From Felis catus (taxonomy: Eukaryota), in contig NC_058368.1 in NCBI RefSeq assembly GCF_018350175.1, positions 153,514,001 through 153,578,000 on the forward strand: a stretch of 64,000 bases of DNA. The letters run 5' to 3'. The position numbers and the translations under genes are program-made. The notes beneath the pieces were generated by a model, which worked only from the letters and a program-made list of their open reading frames with translations, was not told the DNA's origin and did no database searches. Shown piece by piece: positions 38,658 through 53,499 of this stretch; the first letter of the stretch is position 1; every line of letters begins with the position of its first letter.

Positions 38658-38839
38658 ATTTTATTTTTTGAGAGAAAGCACAAGCAATGGAGGGGCAGAG
38701 GGAGAAGAAGAGAGAATCTTAAGCAGTCTCCATGCTCAGCATGGAGCCTGATTCAGGGCTTCATCTCATGACCGTGAGATCATGACTGAACCAAAATCAA
38801 GAGTTGGATGCTTAACTGACAGAGCCACCCAGTCACCCC
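38658..38839 (-). mobile_element. Older Can-SINE
   Basis: gagaatcttaagcagtctccatgctcagcatggagcc. Confidence 0.9.
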
Positions 38840-38954
38840 TATTTTGGACATTTCATACAGATGGAATCATATGTGGCCTTTTGTGTCTGCTTCTTTCACA
38901 TAACATAATGATTTCAATGTTCTTTCATGTTGTAGTAAGAATAAGTAACTAATT

Positions 38955-39176
38955 CTTTTTTTATGTTTATTTTTTATTTCTGAGAGAGAGTGAGAGACAG
39001 AGTGAGTGGGGGAGGGACAGAGAGAGAATCTGAAGGGACAGAGACAGAATCTGAAGCAGGCTCCAGGCTCTGAGCTGTCAGCACAGAGCCTGACACAGGG
39101 CTCAAACTCATGAGCTGTGAGATCATGACCTGAGCCGAAGTCGGATGCTTAACCAACTGAGACACCCAGGTGCTCC
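38955..39176 (-). mobile_element. SINEC_Fc
   Basis: Can-SINE body with a short internal duplication (agaatctgaag twice). Confidence 0.93.
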
Positions 39177-40928
39177 AGTCCTTGATTCTTTTTTATGGCT
39201 AAATAATATTCCATTATATGGATATATCACATTTTGTTTATTCATGTATTGTTAGACAATAGGATTGTTTCCACCTATTGGCTATTAGAGACATACCTGT
39301 ACAAGTTTTTGTGTGGGCATATGTTTCCATTTATCTTGGGTATTTACCTAGAAGTAGAATTGTTTGGTCATGTGGGAACTATATGTTCAGCTTTTTGAGG
39401 AACTGTCAAACTGTTTCTCAACCTGGCTATACCATTTTACATTCCTACCAGCAATGTATGAGGGGTTCAATTTCCCTACATCTTATTCCACACTTGATTT
39501 TTGATAATAGATGTTCTAGTGTGTATGAAGTGGTCTCTTGTTGTGTTTTTTATTTGTATGTTTCTAATGACTGATGATGTTGATCATCTTTTCATGGGCA
39601 TATTGGCTATTTGTAATGTGTTTTTTTGGAGAAATTTTTATTCAAGTCCTTTGCCCATTTTTAAATTATATTATCAATTTATTGTTGGGTTGAAAGAGTT
39701 CCTTATGTATTTTGGATACTGAATCCAGATATGTGGTTTGCAATTATTGTCTCCCATTCAATGGATTGCCATGTCTTTTCATGCATAAAAGCTTTAAAAT
39801 TTGATGAAGTTTAATTTATCTTCCCTCTCATGTACTGGATCCCTTGCATTTCCATATGAACTTTAGGATCAGCTTGTCAGTTTCTGTAAAGAAAAAAAAT
39901 CAGCTGGGAATTTGATAGAGATTGTATTGAATCTTTAGATCTATTTGGGGAGTGACATAGTCGTAATACATTATTTCCACATATATATTTAGGTCTTGTT
40001 TAATTTTTTCCACAGTGTTTTATAGTTTTTAGTTCCTATCAAGGACTTTTTAAGTTTATTCTTAAGGGTTTTTTATACTATGCTAAATGGCATTGTTTTC
40101 ATAATTTAATTTTCAAATTCTTTATTTCTAGCATATAGAAATACAGTTGATTGTGGTATACTGACTTTGTATCCTGAAACATTGCTGAGATTGTTACCTC
40201 TAGCCTATTTTTAGTGGATCTATTATTTTTTTCTGTATGCAGGGTCATATCATCTGCAGATATAGCTTATCTTCTTGTCCACTCTTTTTTTTTTTTCTGT
40301 ATCATTTAAGATTACTATGTTTCCTCACAAGAGGAATGTTAGAATAAATTTTACAGGTAGTCAATCATACCTTGTTCAAACTGGGCACACATCAAATCTA
40401 GCATTATGGGAGTTTTATTTATTTGGTAGTGAACTTTTATCTATCAATGCAAATGCTAAGATACTACACCAAACATTTGCAGGAACTTTTTTCATCATTT
40501 TTTTGAATTGTTCACAAACATTTCCTATAAAATCCAATATACCACAAAGAAATGGCACATCTTTTTACTTCAATTTGAATACAATGGGAAAATATATATA
40601 TATATTTACAAAGTTTAAAAAACACTAGCAGGCTGACAGTTTGACTATAGGTGAGAAAATTATCTAACAAAAATCATTTATTTAGCATCAATCACTTCCA
40701 TAACCAAGTATTATTCTGATTAATAAAACTTGCTGCCATTAGGCTTCTGGCAAATATCTATACCTTTACTGAATTTGTGGAGTTGCTCTTCACTTTGGTT
40801 TCCCTTCGCAGTTAGTAGCATCGAAAGCTGCTGCAGGGCAGGGACAAACATTTGCAAAAACAAAAACAATGTCCCCAACTTACTATAAGCATGAATGTAT
40901 ATGACAGAATTACTTCTCAAGCAACGAA

Positions 40929-41143
40929 TTTTTTTCAAATAATTTTTAAATGTTTATTTATATTTGAGAGAGAGACAGTGTGAGAGCAGGAGAGGGGCAG
41001 AGAGATGGAGACAGAATCTGAAGCAGGCTCCAGGCTCTGAGCCGTCAGCATAGAGCCTGACATGGGGCTTGAACTCACAAGCCATGAGATCATGACCTGA
41101 ACTAAAGTCAGATGCTTAACCAACTGAGCCACCCAGGTGCCCC
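40929..41143 (-). mobile_element. SINEC_Fc inserted in the HNRNPK retrocopy 3'UTR
   Basis: Can-SINE body with degenerate TSD aagcaacgaa/aagcaatgga. Confidence 0.94.
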
Positions 41144-41632
41144 ATAAGCAATGGACTTTCAACTCATCAAGAAGTCACCAGAAACAAATTTGCCAAGATA
41201 TGCTTATGTTGAAGAGAATGTATTTATTTATATCAAACAGAGTGTTTAGTTTCAAAACTTAGTGTTTAGTTTGGGGTGGGTTGGGGAATCCAGCCATTTG
41301 AAAAATGACAGTCTTAAAAAAATGAACACCAAAAATAGGTTCACTAAATTTATTTAAAAAATCAGAACATTTCTTACAAAAGAGAATTACATTCTGCACA
41401 CTGCTGTGGATAGATGCCAGGGACATATGGACTATTGTTACTTTTCCTCCCTGTTTCACTCCCCAAAATGTTACAATGACCACAAAGCAAAGTGTTCACA
41501 ATAATTACATGGGTTTTTTTTTCTTTAGAACCACCAACAATGAGAAAAAATTAAAATTCATTCACTGTGCTGCTCTTTCAAAATTTTAATGTTAATTTTT
41601 GCACACCCTTCCCCAGCCTCCTTCCTTTTTTT

Positions 41633-41660
41633 TTTTAAAATTTTTTTTTCAACGTTTATT
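41633..41660 (-). mobile_element. Tail-only (extremely 5'-truncated) young SINEC_Fc insertion
   Basis: ttttaaaatttttttttcaacgtttatt flanked by the perfect direct repeat agcctccttccttttttt (41615-41632 and 41661-41678). Confidence 0.75.
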
Positions 41661-41891
41661 AGCCTCCTTCCTTTTTTTAAGAAACTAAAAGATTTCTTCT
41701 GGTGAACAGCAAAGATTTCACTGCACCTCGAACGCAGAACACCTATGAAGCAGAGTAATGGTGGCTTTTTAAACAGAAACAAATAGAAAAAAAAAAAACC
41801 AAGATGTAGGATTCCTCTAGTTCTTCACTAGTTGTAGAAGAACTTTCTAGAATCCTGCTTCACACTATAAAAAAAGAAAAAATATCTTGCA

Positions 41892-43249
<1,358 letters not shown>

Positions 43250-46174
43250 TTTCTTATAATAAGTGGACAAAACAATCAGGTATTATATATCCTTGTAGAG
43301 CAGAGCTGAACTCTTTTGGGCAGGACCAGCTGACAGCCTAGTGCTGCAGTCACTCCCCCTGCCCCGCCACCCCAGACCAACATCCCTAGGCCCCTGGGCT
43401 GCTGTGCTGCACTCAGCTGGTCACAGCTAGACAGAGTCTTCTTGTTCTTTCTCAATGCCTTTTATTTAGTTTTTGTGCCTAATTGCCTTAGTTAGAACTT
43501 TCATTCAATGTTGACTAGAAGTGCTTAAGTGGATTCCTTGTCTTATTTGTGATCTTAGGAGAAAGTGTTCACTTTTTCACTGTGGAGTATTATGTTACCT
43601 GTGGATTGTTTTCTTTTTGTATGTAATGGTTGAAGAGTTTCTATTTTAATCCTAGATTCTTGAGTGTTTTTATCCTGACAGGTGTTAGATATGTCAAATG
43701 CTTTTCCTGAAGTGATCATTTTTTGGTCCCTTAATCTACTTCTATGGTGTAGTATATTAATTTTCATACGTTGAATGCATCTTTGCATTTCTCAAATAAA
43801 TCCTACTTGATGATATTGTTTAATCCTTTTTATAAGTTGCCAGATTTGATTTGCTAGTATTTTGTTGAGGACTCTGGTGCTTATAACCTCTTTGTCTGTA
43901 TAGGATAATTCTGGGCTGATGGAATGAATTGAGAAGTGTTCTCTCCACTTATATTTTTTATTTTCATTTTTATGGAAAAATGTGTTAAAGATTGGTTATT
44001 AGTTATTTTTTCTATAAACATTTCATAGAACTGCCAATGAAGATCTCTCATCCTGAGATTTTTATTGGTGAGAAGTTTTTTGATTACTAATTCAGTCTCT
44101 TGTCATAGGTATATTAAGATTTTCCATTGCTTCTTGATTAAGTTTTGGTAATTTTATCTTTTATTCCTGATTTTTGTAATTTAAAACTTCTATTTTTTTC
44201 TTTGTCAGTCTAGCTACAGAGCTGTCATTAAAAAAAATTTCAAAGAACCATCTTTAAGTTTTGTTGATTCTCTTATTTTATGTTTTTCTATTCTCTCTTA
44301 TTTCTCTCTCTAATCTTCATTATCATTTAAAATTTTTGCTTTGGGCTTAGTTTGCTCTTTTTCTAGTTTCTAACAGTGGAAGATTTGGTGATTAATTTGA
44401 GATTTTTCTTTTTTATTAATAGAGGTGTGTAGAGCCATGAATGTTTTTATATTCACAGCTTTATCTTATTCATAGCATAAATAATTTGATATATATTTTC
44501 ATTTTTTAAAAATGTGTTTTCATTTTTATTAATCTCCAGGTATTTTCTAATTTCTCTTGTGATTTCTTCTTTGACACCTTAATTATTATAGGAGCATGTT
44601 AATTTCCACATATTTATGGATTTCCCAAATTTCCTTCTGTTACTGAGTTCTCATTTCATTTCATGCTATCAGAGTATACTTTGTTTCATTTAATCCTTTT
44701 AAATTTACTGAAGCTTGTTTTATGTCTTAACATATGACGTGTCCTGTAGAATGTTTCATGGACACTTGATCCTGGGGTTTTCGTGTAGTGTTGTAAGCTG
44801 TCTGTTAGGTATAATTGGTTTAAATTCTGTTCAAGTCTTATATTTCCTGCTTGATTTTCCATCTAGTTGTTCTATCCACTGTTGAAAGTAGGGTATTATA
44901 GTCTCCATTCTACCAGTTTTTGCTTCATGTACTTGTTAGGTGCATGGATGATTATAATAGGTGTACTTCTTGATGCATTGATACTTTTTTCATTATAACA
45001 TGTCCTTCTTTGTGTCTAGTAACAACTTTTGCGTTAAAGTCTATTTTTTTGAAATTAGTATAGCCATTCTTATTGTTTGCATGCTGTATCTTTTTCTATC
45101 TTTTCATTTTCAACTTATTTGTGTTTGTAAATCTGAAGTGTACAGAAAGCATCTAGTTGAATTATTTTTTAAAAGTTCATTCTGTCAGCTTCTGCATTTT
45201 AATTGGAGAATTTAATCCACTTATCTTTAATGTAATTATTAGATTACATTTGCCATTTTGCTATTTGTTTTACATGTTTTTGGTTTTATTAGTTCCTCTC
45301 TTTCTCCATGACTACCTTATTTTGTATTAAGTAGATATTTTCTGCTGTACCATTGAAATATCCTTGTTTATTTTACTATATTTATGAGATTTCTTTTTTT
45401 TTTTCAGTAACTAGGGAATACCATTAACATCTTCATTTATTATAGTCTAATTCAGATTAACACCAATTTAATTCAAATGGTATAAACCAAACATTTTCTC
45501 CTTGTGACTCCATTCCCTCTCCTTTCTTTGTGCTGTTATTTTCCTACAAATTTCATCTTCATAAATATATGGTCAGGGATAGAGATATATAATCATTGCT
45601 TTGTACTTTTAAATCATATAGGAGGAAACTAGAGTTATAAATAAAAGATAAATTTATATTGTCTTTTAAAAATATTTTGTTTATCTGGGAATGTGTTAAT
45701 TTCTCCTACATTTTTGAATGATAAATCTATTAAATATAGAACTCTTGGTTGTCTAGGAATGGAGCTTTGAAAGCATTCCAATAATATTTTGCTCCTTCCA
45801 GTGGCGGTTAGGCTGATGATTGTCAGGATAAATGCAGGCTTTGGATTTTTAAGACTATCATGGATCTACAGAGGAAGGAATGAGGATAAAGCAAGTTAAA
45901 ATGTCAAAAGCTCACTGCTCTTACCAATTCAGCTGTTTTTCTTCTACTTTTCATTTTTTAATAAGCACTCCTCAGATTGCTGCAAGCCTTTGGTTATTTT
46001 AAGCATTGCAAAAAGCTAAATCTGACATTTTTTTTGCCAGTATTTTTATTGCTTTTATGGAAGAGAGACTTTTCAGACGTCCATACTTGTTCTTTTTACT
46101 GATGTCACTAGAACACTTAGGGTGAATCATTTTAAGATCTCACCGTTTGTTATAGCGTTCCAAATTAAAGCTGG

Positions 46175-46660
46175 TTGTTTTAGACTGAGTTTCACTGGAA
46201 ACAGAACATGAGATAAAGACCTGTATACAGATAGTTTATTTGGAAGGTAATTCTAGGGAGCAGAAGTGAAAAAGCCAAAAGAATGAGGATGAGAAGGAGC
46301 ACAAGCCAATATCAGGCTGTGTTAATCATGTCACTGCTACAAGCAATGGAGGCTTGGCAGTACTAGGACCTCCATGGAAACACACAGAATGCCTTCCAAA
46401 CCAGAGGTGAATGCATTTTTCCATCAGCTCTTATCTTCAATTGGCTGGTTATATCTGCAATGTTCTTAACTTTCCGATACTTCCATGTCTCAAGTGCCAT
46501 GACCAGAGAAAGTGCCTGTATTATCCACACACTGAGGGAAAAGGGTATACCTGCTGTAGACACTGTCAGCACAAAATGAATCAAAGGTCTCTCTGGTATT
46601 GTTTTCCCTAGCTGAGACTGCAGTCAGAGGTGAGGTGAAGAGGACATGGGCTGGAGTATC
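46175..46660. mobile_element. Old ERVL-type solo LTR (LTR16/LTR33-like)
   Basis: gaaacagaacatgagataaagac...gatagtttatttggaaggtaattctagggagcagaagtga. Confidence 0.55.
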
Positions 46661-46664
46661 TATG

Positions 46665-47522
46665 TGTATTAGTCAGGGTTCTCCAGAGAAACAGAACCAG
46701 AAATAGAGAAACAGAAGCAATGGTGTGTGTGTGTGTGTGTGTGTATGGTGTATTGTATGAGCCAATTTCATATATATATATATATATATATATGCCATTT
46801 TTTAGACTTTATTTTTATTTTGAAAGAGAGATTGAGAGCATGTGCAGGGGAGGGGCAGAGAGAAGGGGAAAGAGAAAGAATCTCAACAGACTCGGTGCTG
46901 TCATCAGGGAGCCTAGTGTGGGGCTCAAATCCATAAACTCTGAGGTCATGACCTGAGCCAAAACCAAGAGCTGGACACTCAGCTGTCTGAGCCATCTAGG
47001 CACCCCTATATGCACCATTATAATAATATATACAATATATTATGATATATGACAAGGAGTTGGCTCACACAGTTACGGGGCTGGCAAGTCCCAAGATTTG
47101 TAGGATTAGTCTGCAAAATGGAAATGCAAAAGAGCTGATGGTGTGGCTCCATTTTAAGTTCAAAGGCACAATAACAAGGAGAGTTGATGATGTCTGAAGG
47201 CCAGCAGGCTTGCAACCCAGAAAGAGCTGATATGATATTTCAGATTGAGTTTGAAGGCTGGAAGAAGCCCATGTCCCAGAGAGAAGGCAGTCAAACAAGC
47301 AAAAAAAACCCCACCTCTCTTCCTTAGGGAATAGTCAATCCCGTTGTTCTATTTAGGCTTTCATCTGACTGGATGAGGGCCCATACTTTAGGGAGAACGA
47401 TCTACAAAATCTGCTGAAGTTAATCTCATTCAATATGCTCATAGAAACACCTGGAATAATGTTTGGCCAAATATCTGGGAACCCTGTGGCTCATTCAGGT
47501 TGACACATAAAATTAACCATTA
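46665..47522 (-). mobile_element. MLT2 (ERVL) solo LTR containing a microsatellite and a SINE
   Basis: tgtattagtcagggttctccagagaaacagaacca...aaggagttggctcacacagttacgggg...ttgacacataaaattaaccat. Confidence 0.88.
46798..47006 (-). mobile_element. Can-SINE in MLT2
   Basis: Can-SINE body with degenerate TSD tatatgcc/tatatgca. Confidence 0.9.
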
Positions 47523-49269
47523 TGTTATGACATTTATTAAATCAGTCTACAGGTCAGACATTAATAACTAGAACTAACTAGTTAATGATTGCTTTACCTA
47601 GCAATCTAGGATAGTGTAGTGTTAGGAAATTATAAGCTTTGTCTAATCAACCCTTACAGATAGAAATAGAACTCAAGTACTCAGCTACAAATATTACATT
47701 CCCAAAGTAATATAATGTATTGTAGAAAAAATTAACATTAAAATATTCTATTTCAGTTAAAATGATTTCTTTGTAGCTGTAAAGTTAATCTATGAAATAA
47801 ATTCTAATAAAAGCAGTATAAGATTTTTTCATTTTCAAGTTTTTATTAAATTCCAGTTAATTAACATTTAGTGTGATATTAGTTTCAGGTGTAGAATTTA
47901 GTGATTCATCACTTACATACACACTCAATGCTTATCACAAGTGTCCTCCTTACACCCATCACCCATTTAATCCATCCTCCATCATCCATCTTTCCTCCAG
48001 CAACCCTCAGTTAGTTCTCTGTAGCTAAGAGTCTTTTTTATGGTTTTCCTCTTTCCCCCCCATGTTCATTTGTTTTGTTTCTTAAATTCCACATCTGAGT
48101 AAAATCATATGGTATTTGTCTTTCTCTGATGATTTAATGTGCTTAGCATAATACTCTCTAGCTCCATTCATGTCTTTGGAAATGGTAAGAATTCATTCTT
48201 TTTTTTTTTATGGCCGAATAATATTCCATTGTACGTATATACCACCTCTTCTTTATCCATTCATCAGCTGATGGACATTTGGGCTCTTTCCATACTTTGG
48301 CTGCTGTTGATAATGCTGCTATAAACATTGGGGTGCATGTGCTCCTTTGAATTAGTATTTTTATATCCTTTGGGTAAATACCTAGTAGTGCAATTGCGGG
48401 ATCATGGGGTAGTTCTATTTTAGCTTTTTGAGGGACCTCCATGCTGTTTTCCAGAGTGGCTGCACCAGTTTGCATTCCTTCTAACAGTATAAGAAGTTTT
48501 CCCTTTCTCCACATCCTCACCAACAACTGTTGTTTCCTGTGTTGTTAATTTCAACAATTCTGACAGGTGTGGGGTGATATCTCATTATAGTTTTTACTTG
48601 TATTTCCCTGATGACGAGTGATGTTAAGCATCCTTTCATGTGTCCGTTAGCCATCTGGATATATTTTTTGGAAAAATGTATATTCATGTCTTCTGCCCAG
48701 TTTTTAAATGGATTATTTGTTTTTTGGATGTTGAGTTTGGTAAATTATTTATAGATTTTGGATACTAACCCTTTATTGGAAATGCCATTTGCAAGTATCT
48801 TCTCCCATTCTGTAGGCTGCCTTTTACTTTCATTATTGTTTCTTTTACTGTGCAGAAGCTTTTTATCTTGAAGTCCCAATAGTTTATTTTTGCTTTTGTT
48901 TGCTTTGCCTCAGGAGACCTGTCTAATAAGAACTTGATACAGCTGATGTTAGGGAGGTTACTGCCTGAGTTCTCTTCTAGGATTTTGATGGTTGCATATC
49001 TTATTTTTAGGTCTTCTATCCATTTTGAGTTTATTATAGTGTATGGTGTAAGAAAGTGGTCCAGTTTGGTTTTTTTGCATGTTGCTGTCCAGTTTTCTCA
49101 ACATTTGTTGAAGAGACTGTCTTTTTGCCATTGGATAGTCTTTCCTGCTTTGTCAAAGGTTAGTTGGCCATAAATTTGTAGGTCCATTTCTGGGTCTTTT
49201 ATTCTGTTCCATTGATCTATGTGTCTGTTTTTGTGCCAGTACCATACAGTCTTGATCACTGCAGCTTTG

Positions 49270-49471
49270 TTTGTTTGTTTGTTTGTTTTTTAATGTTTAT
49301 TTTTGATAGAGACAAAATGCTAGTGGGGGAGGGCCAGAGAGGGAGACAGTATTTGAAACAGGCTCCTAGCTGTCAGCACAGAGCATGATGTGGGGCTTGA
49401 ACTCAGGAATGGCGAGATCATGAACAGAGCTAAAGTCAGACACCCAATCCCCTGAGCCACTCAGGCGCCCC
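49270..49471 (-). mobile_element. SINEC_Fc at the L1 deletion junction, no TSD
   Basis: Can-SINE body whose flanks are non-adjacent parts of L1 ORF2. Confidence 0.9.
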
Positions 49472-50091
49472 AAGCAGGATGTTTTTTAACCTCCATGTGT
49501 TTGTGGTCTTTCCAACTTTTTTCTTGTGATTAACTTCAAGTTTAATAGCATTATGGTCAGAAAATATGCATGGTATGATTTCAGTCTTGTTGCACTTATT
49601 GAAGCCTTATTTGTGACCTAGTATGTGATCTCTTCTGGAGAATGTTTCATGTGTACTCAAAAAGAATGTGGATTCTGCTGCTTTAGGATGAAATGTTTTG
49701 AATATATCTGTTTAAGTCCATCCAGTACAGTGTGTCATTCAAAGCCATTGTTTCCTTGTTGATTTTCTCTTAGATGATCTGTCCATTGCTATAAGTAGGA
49801 TATTAAAGTCCCTTACTATTATTATTGTTAATGAGTTCCTTTATGTTTTTTTATTGTTTTATATATTTGGGTGCTCCCAAGTAGGTAGCATAAATATTTA
49901 CAATTGTTAGATCTTCTTGTTGGATAGTCCCCTTTATTATGATGTAGTGCCCTTCTTCATCTCTTGTTACAGTCTTTGGTTTAAAATCTAGTTTGTCTAA
50001 TAAAAGCATTGCTACTGTGGCTTTCTTTTGACATCCATTTGTATGATAAATGTTTCTCCATCCTCTCATTTTCAATCTGCAAGTGTCTTTT

Positions 50092-50300
50092 TTTTTCTAA
50101 TGTTTATTTATTTTTGAGACAGAGAGAGACAGAGCATGAACAGGGGAGGGGCAGAGAGAGAGGGAGACACAGAATCTGAAATGGGCTCCAGGCTCTGAAC
50201 TGTCAGCACAGAGCCCAACGCGGGGCTCGAACTCACAGACCGTGAGATCATGACCTGAGCCGAAGTCGGACGCTTAACCGACTGAGCCACCCAGGCACCC
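50092..50300 (-). mobile_element. SINEC_Fc (low divergence)
   Basis: TSD ctgcaagtgtctttt at 50077-50091 and 50301-50315. Confidence 0.96.
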
Positions 50301-53300
50301 CTGCAAGTGTCTTTTGATCTCTAGGCCGTATATTGATGGGTCTTGTTTTTTTTTTTTTAATCTATTCTGACACCCACTATATTTTGATTGGAGCATTTAA
50401 TCCATTTACATTCAAAGTGATTATTGATATGTATTTAGTGCCTTTTTTTTTTTTTTTTACTTGTTTTGTTGTTGTTTCTGGAGACTTACTCAGTTCTTTC
50501 CTAGTTTTTGTTGCTTTTGGTCTTTCCCACTCAAAGTGTCCCCCTTTAATATTTCTTGCAGAACTGGTTTAGTGGTCATGAATTCCTTTGGTTTTTGTTT
50601 GTCTGGGAAACTTTTTATCTCTCCTCCTATTCTGAATGATAGCTTTGCTTGATAGAATATTCTTCACTGCATATTTTTCCTAGTCATCACGTTGAGTATA
50701 TCATACCACTCCTTTGGGTTGCCAAGTTTCTGTGGAGAGATCTGTTGCTAACTTTACTATATTTTGCAAAGTTAGCTATTATGTCTTGGTGTTATGCTGT
50801 TTTTTGCTGTGCCTCTCTGTGCCTCTTGGATTTGGATGTATGGTTTCCTTCCCCAGATTAGGTAAGTTTTCAGCTACAGTTTGCTCAAATCAACCTGCCC
50901 CCTTTTCTTCTTCTGGGTCTCCTGTGACATGAATGTCATTATGCTTGATGGAGTCACTGAGTTCCCTAAGCCTACTTAGGGAATCTTATGATTCAAGATT
51001 TTTCCTTCCCCCTTTTGTTTAGCTTTATTATTTTCCATATTGCTATCCTCTATATCAGTGATGTGTTCCTCCCCTTCTTCCATCATTGTGCTCATTACAG
51101 TCAGTCAGTTTCAAATCTTGGTTATTGCATTTTTCATTTCATACTGGTTTTTAAGTCTTTTTATCTTTTTGGTAAGGGTCTCCCTGATGACCTCTATGCT
51201 CTTCTCAAGCCCATGTAGTATCCTTATGACTGTTGCCTTAAATTCTGGATCAGGCGCATTTCTTATATCTGTTTTGATTAGATCCTGGCTGTGACCCTTT
51301 CTTGTTCTTTGTTTTGGTATGAATTCCTCCACCTGGGCATTTTGTGTAGGTCACGGTCTCTGTCTTCTTCTTTGTGTTAGGAAGCCTGTTATGTTTCCCT
51401 TTCTTGAGAGTAATGGCTTTATACAGAAGAGGTCATATAATGTCCAGGATCTGGCACATCAGGAAGTATCTCTGGTGTGTGTATTGCATGCACTCTACTA
51501 CTGTGTTATGGCTGCTGTATCCCTTAGGTCAGTCCTCTGTAGCATTTCTACTTGTCTGCAGTGAGGAGTGTTTGCAACTTTGCCAGAGTGTGGAGAGTTT
51601 TAACTAGGTTTGTTCTGGTCTGCTTGCTAAAAGAGACCTGATGCTATTTCCACTAGAATTGAAGTTTTGCAGAACTCTGTGGTCAGTAGATGTCATTTAT
51701 ATGGGCATTCGTTTTGGTCTTCTGGGGGAAGGGGCACACTATGCTGATCCTTAGCCACACTTTCCTGAAAAAAGCAGTACTGGCAGAGTGCCAAGGGTGT
51801 ACGCTACAGGGTGAGACTTGGTGTAAGCACATCAAGCAGCCTGTGCCGTTTGTTGAAGTTAGTTTATGCTGAGGGGCTGGGGAGGAAAATGGCCCCAGGA
51901 AGCTCCTTTGTCCCTGAGAGGAGAAAGTGGTGGAGTCTGTGCTTGCTGTTCTCAGGGAAGCCCTCTCAGAAGAGCAAATAACTTCCCCTCTGCATCCTAG
52001 GCATTTTTTAGATTGTTGCTTTCACACTGTCTCTTGGCATTATTTGCCTGCCTGAAACAGTGCTATGCACTTTGGGGTCTATCTCAGCCAACCTTGCTAA
52101 CTTTTAAAACTCCAGATATTAGGCATCTGATGTGGTGAGGACCTGAGCTGGTCTTCTGGGGGTGGATCTCACTGTGCTGGGACTGTTGTAGGTTTGACTA
52201 AGGAGGGCAGTTTCGCCAGAGTGCATGGGCATGGGATTTGGAGCAAAACATGTTAAACAGCCAGTGTCCAGGGTGGCTGCCCTCAGTAGGTTTCTCTGTT
52301 CCTATGCTGAGGGGTAGGGGAGGGGAACAGTGCCTGCTAGCTTTTTTGTTCCCAGAGAGGCTATGCCACCTCTCCCAGATGTGCTCTAAGAAAAGGGAAC
52401 AGTTTCTCCCTGTGAGTCTTAGGTGATCATCAGTTTGTGCCTTAGGCCGCCTCCCCGTCCCTTCTGGATTCCCTGCCTGCTTTTTCTCCATGAGTAGGGG
52501 AGCACTCTCAGGGCTCTATCCTAGCCATGCCTCAGACCTTGAAGACTTCATTCTTAAAGTCTTGCTGGTTGCAAAAAGTCACGAAAATCAGCCCCACTCA
52601 TTTTCCCAGCCAATGGCTTTGGGGAAGTGCTCTCCTTATGCAGTCCCCTGTGTGCTTCTCTCTCTCTCTCTGACCTCTTTCCATGACCAGGGCTCCCTCC
52701 CCTGCTCAGCATCCATGTTCCATTTCTCCACCAAACCATGCCTCCACACCTCCTACCTTCCTGGATGTGACCTCTTCTCTTCCTCTAGTTGTGCAGTTTG
52801 TTGTGTCAGTCCTCGGGTTGATTTCATTGAGATATAAAACTTTTAAAGAATAAATCATAGACTATATTTAATGTCTCCATCTTAAGTATATACACAAATA
52901 TTGTTAAGGTATACTTTTTAAGGAATATATGCAGTATATCAATGTTTGTTTATGACTCAAATTTTTCTAAGCAGAGCTATAAATAAGTTATTTTCCATTT
53001 CATTTGATGCTATAATTTTAGGTGCTATCATATATTAATGCTTCAGTTCATTAAATTTGTCCTTAACAATATAAGGTTCTGCTATTCTAGTGCTAGGTGA
53101 CAGAATTAGATTTCTAGCCCCAGGGTACTTAAAGGTGACAGCAAGGTTCTGTTACATTTTTGCAATTTATTAAATATGTTTGGAAAAGAGATACCAGATG
53201 CTTAGATAAAGATTTGGGGTTTTGCAATTCTTTATAGTACTAAAGATAAAAGAGAAGAAATATATATTAGTGTAGAAAATTCAGCTTGCCAAGTGTTTTT

Positions 53301-53499
53301 ATAATTTTCTTCTTGTTTTGAATAACAACAAATTATAGAGATATAAATTAAATTACATTGTTCTGAATTTGGTCAGGTAAATCAGGTATTTATTTTATGC
53401 AAATGAAGGACTATTTTTCATATTTTAAAATTATTACCTATTTGAAAATCTTCATCTGTGATTGAAAAATGACTTCCAAATTAATGATCAAAGTTTCCC

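Larger units (their letters stand above)
47825..52840 (-). mobile_element. Near-full-length carnivore L1 (5'UTR, partial ORF1, ORF2 EN, 3' end) with the RT domain deleted
   Basis: ORF 51111..51332 resembles ORF1p N-terminus (DPEFKATVIRILHGLEKSIE). ORF 49851..50075 is EN domain (KKATVAMLLLDKLDFKPKTVTRDEEGHYIIIKG). ORF 48158..48526 is the ORF2 C-terminus. GC-richer 5'UTR-like sequence lies at ~51400-52840. Confidence 0.9.
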
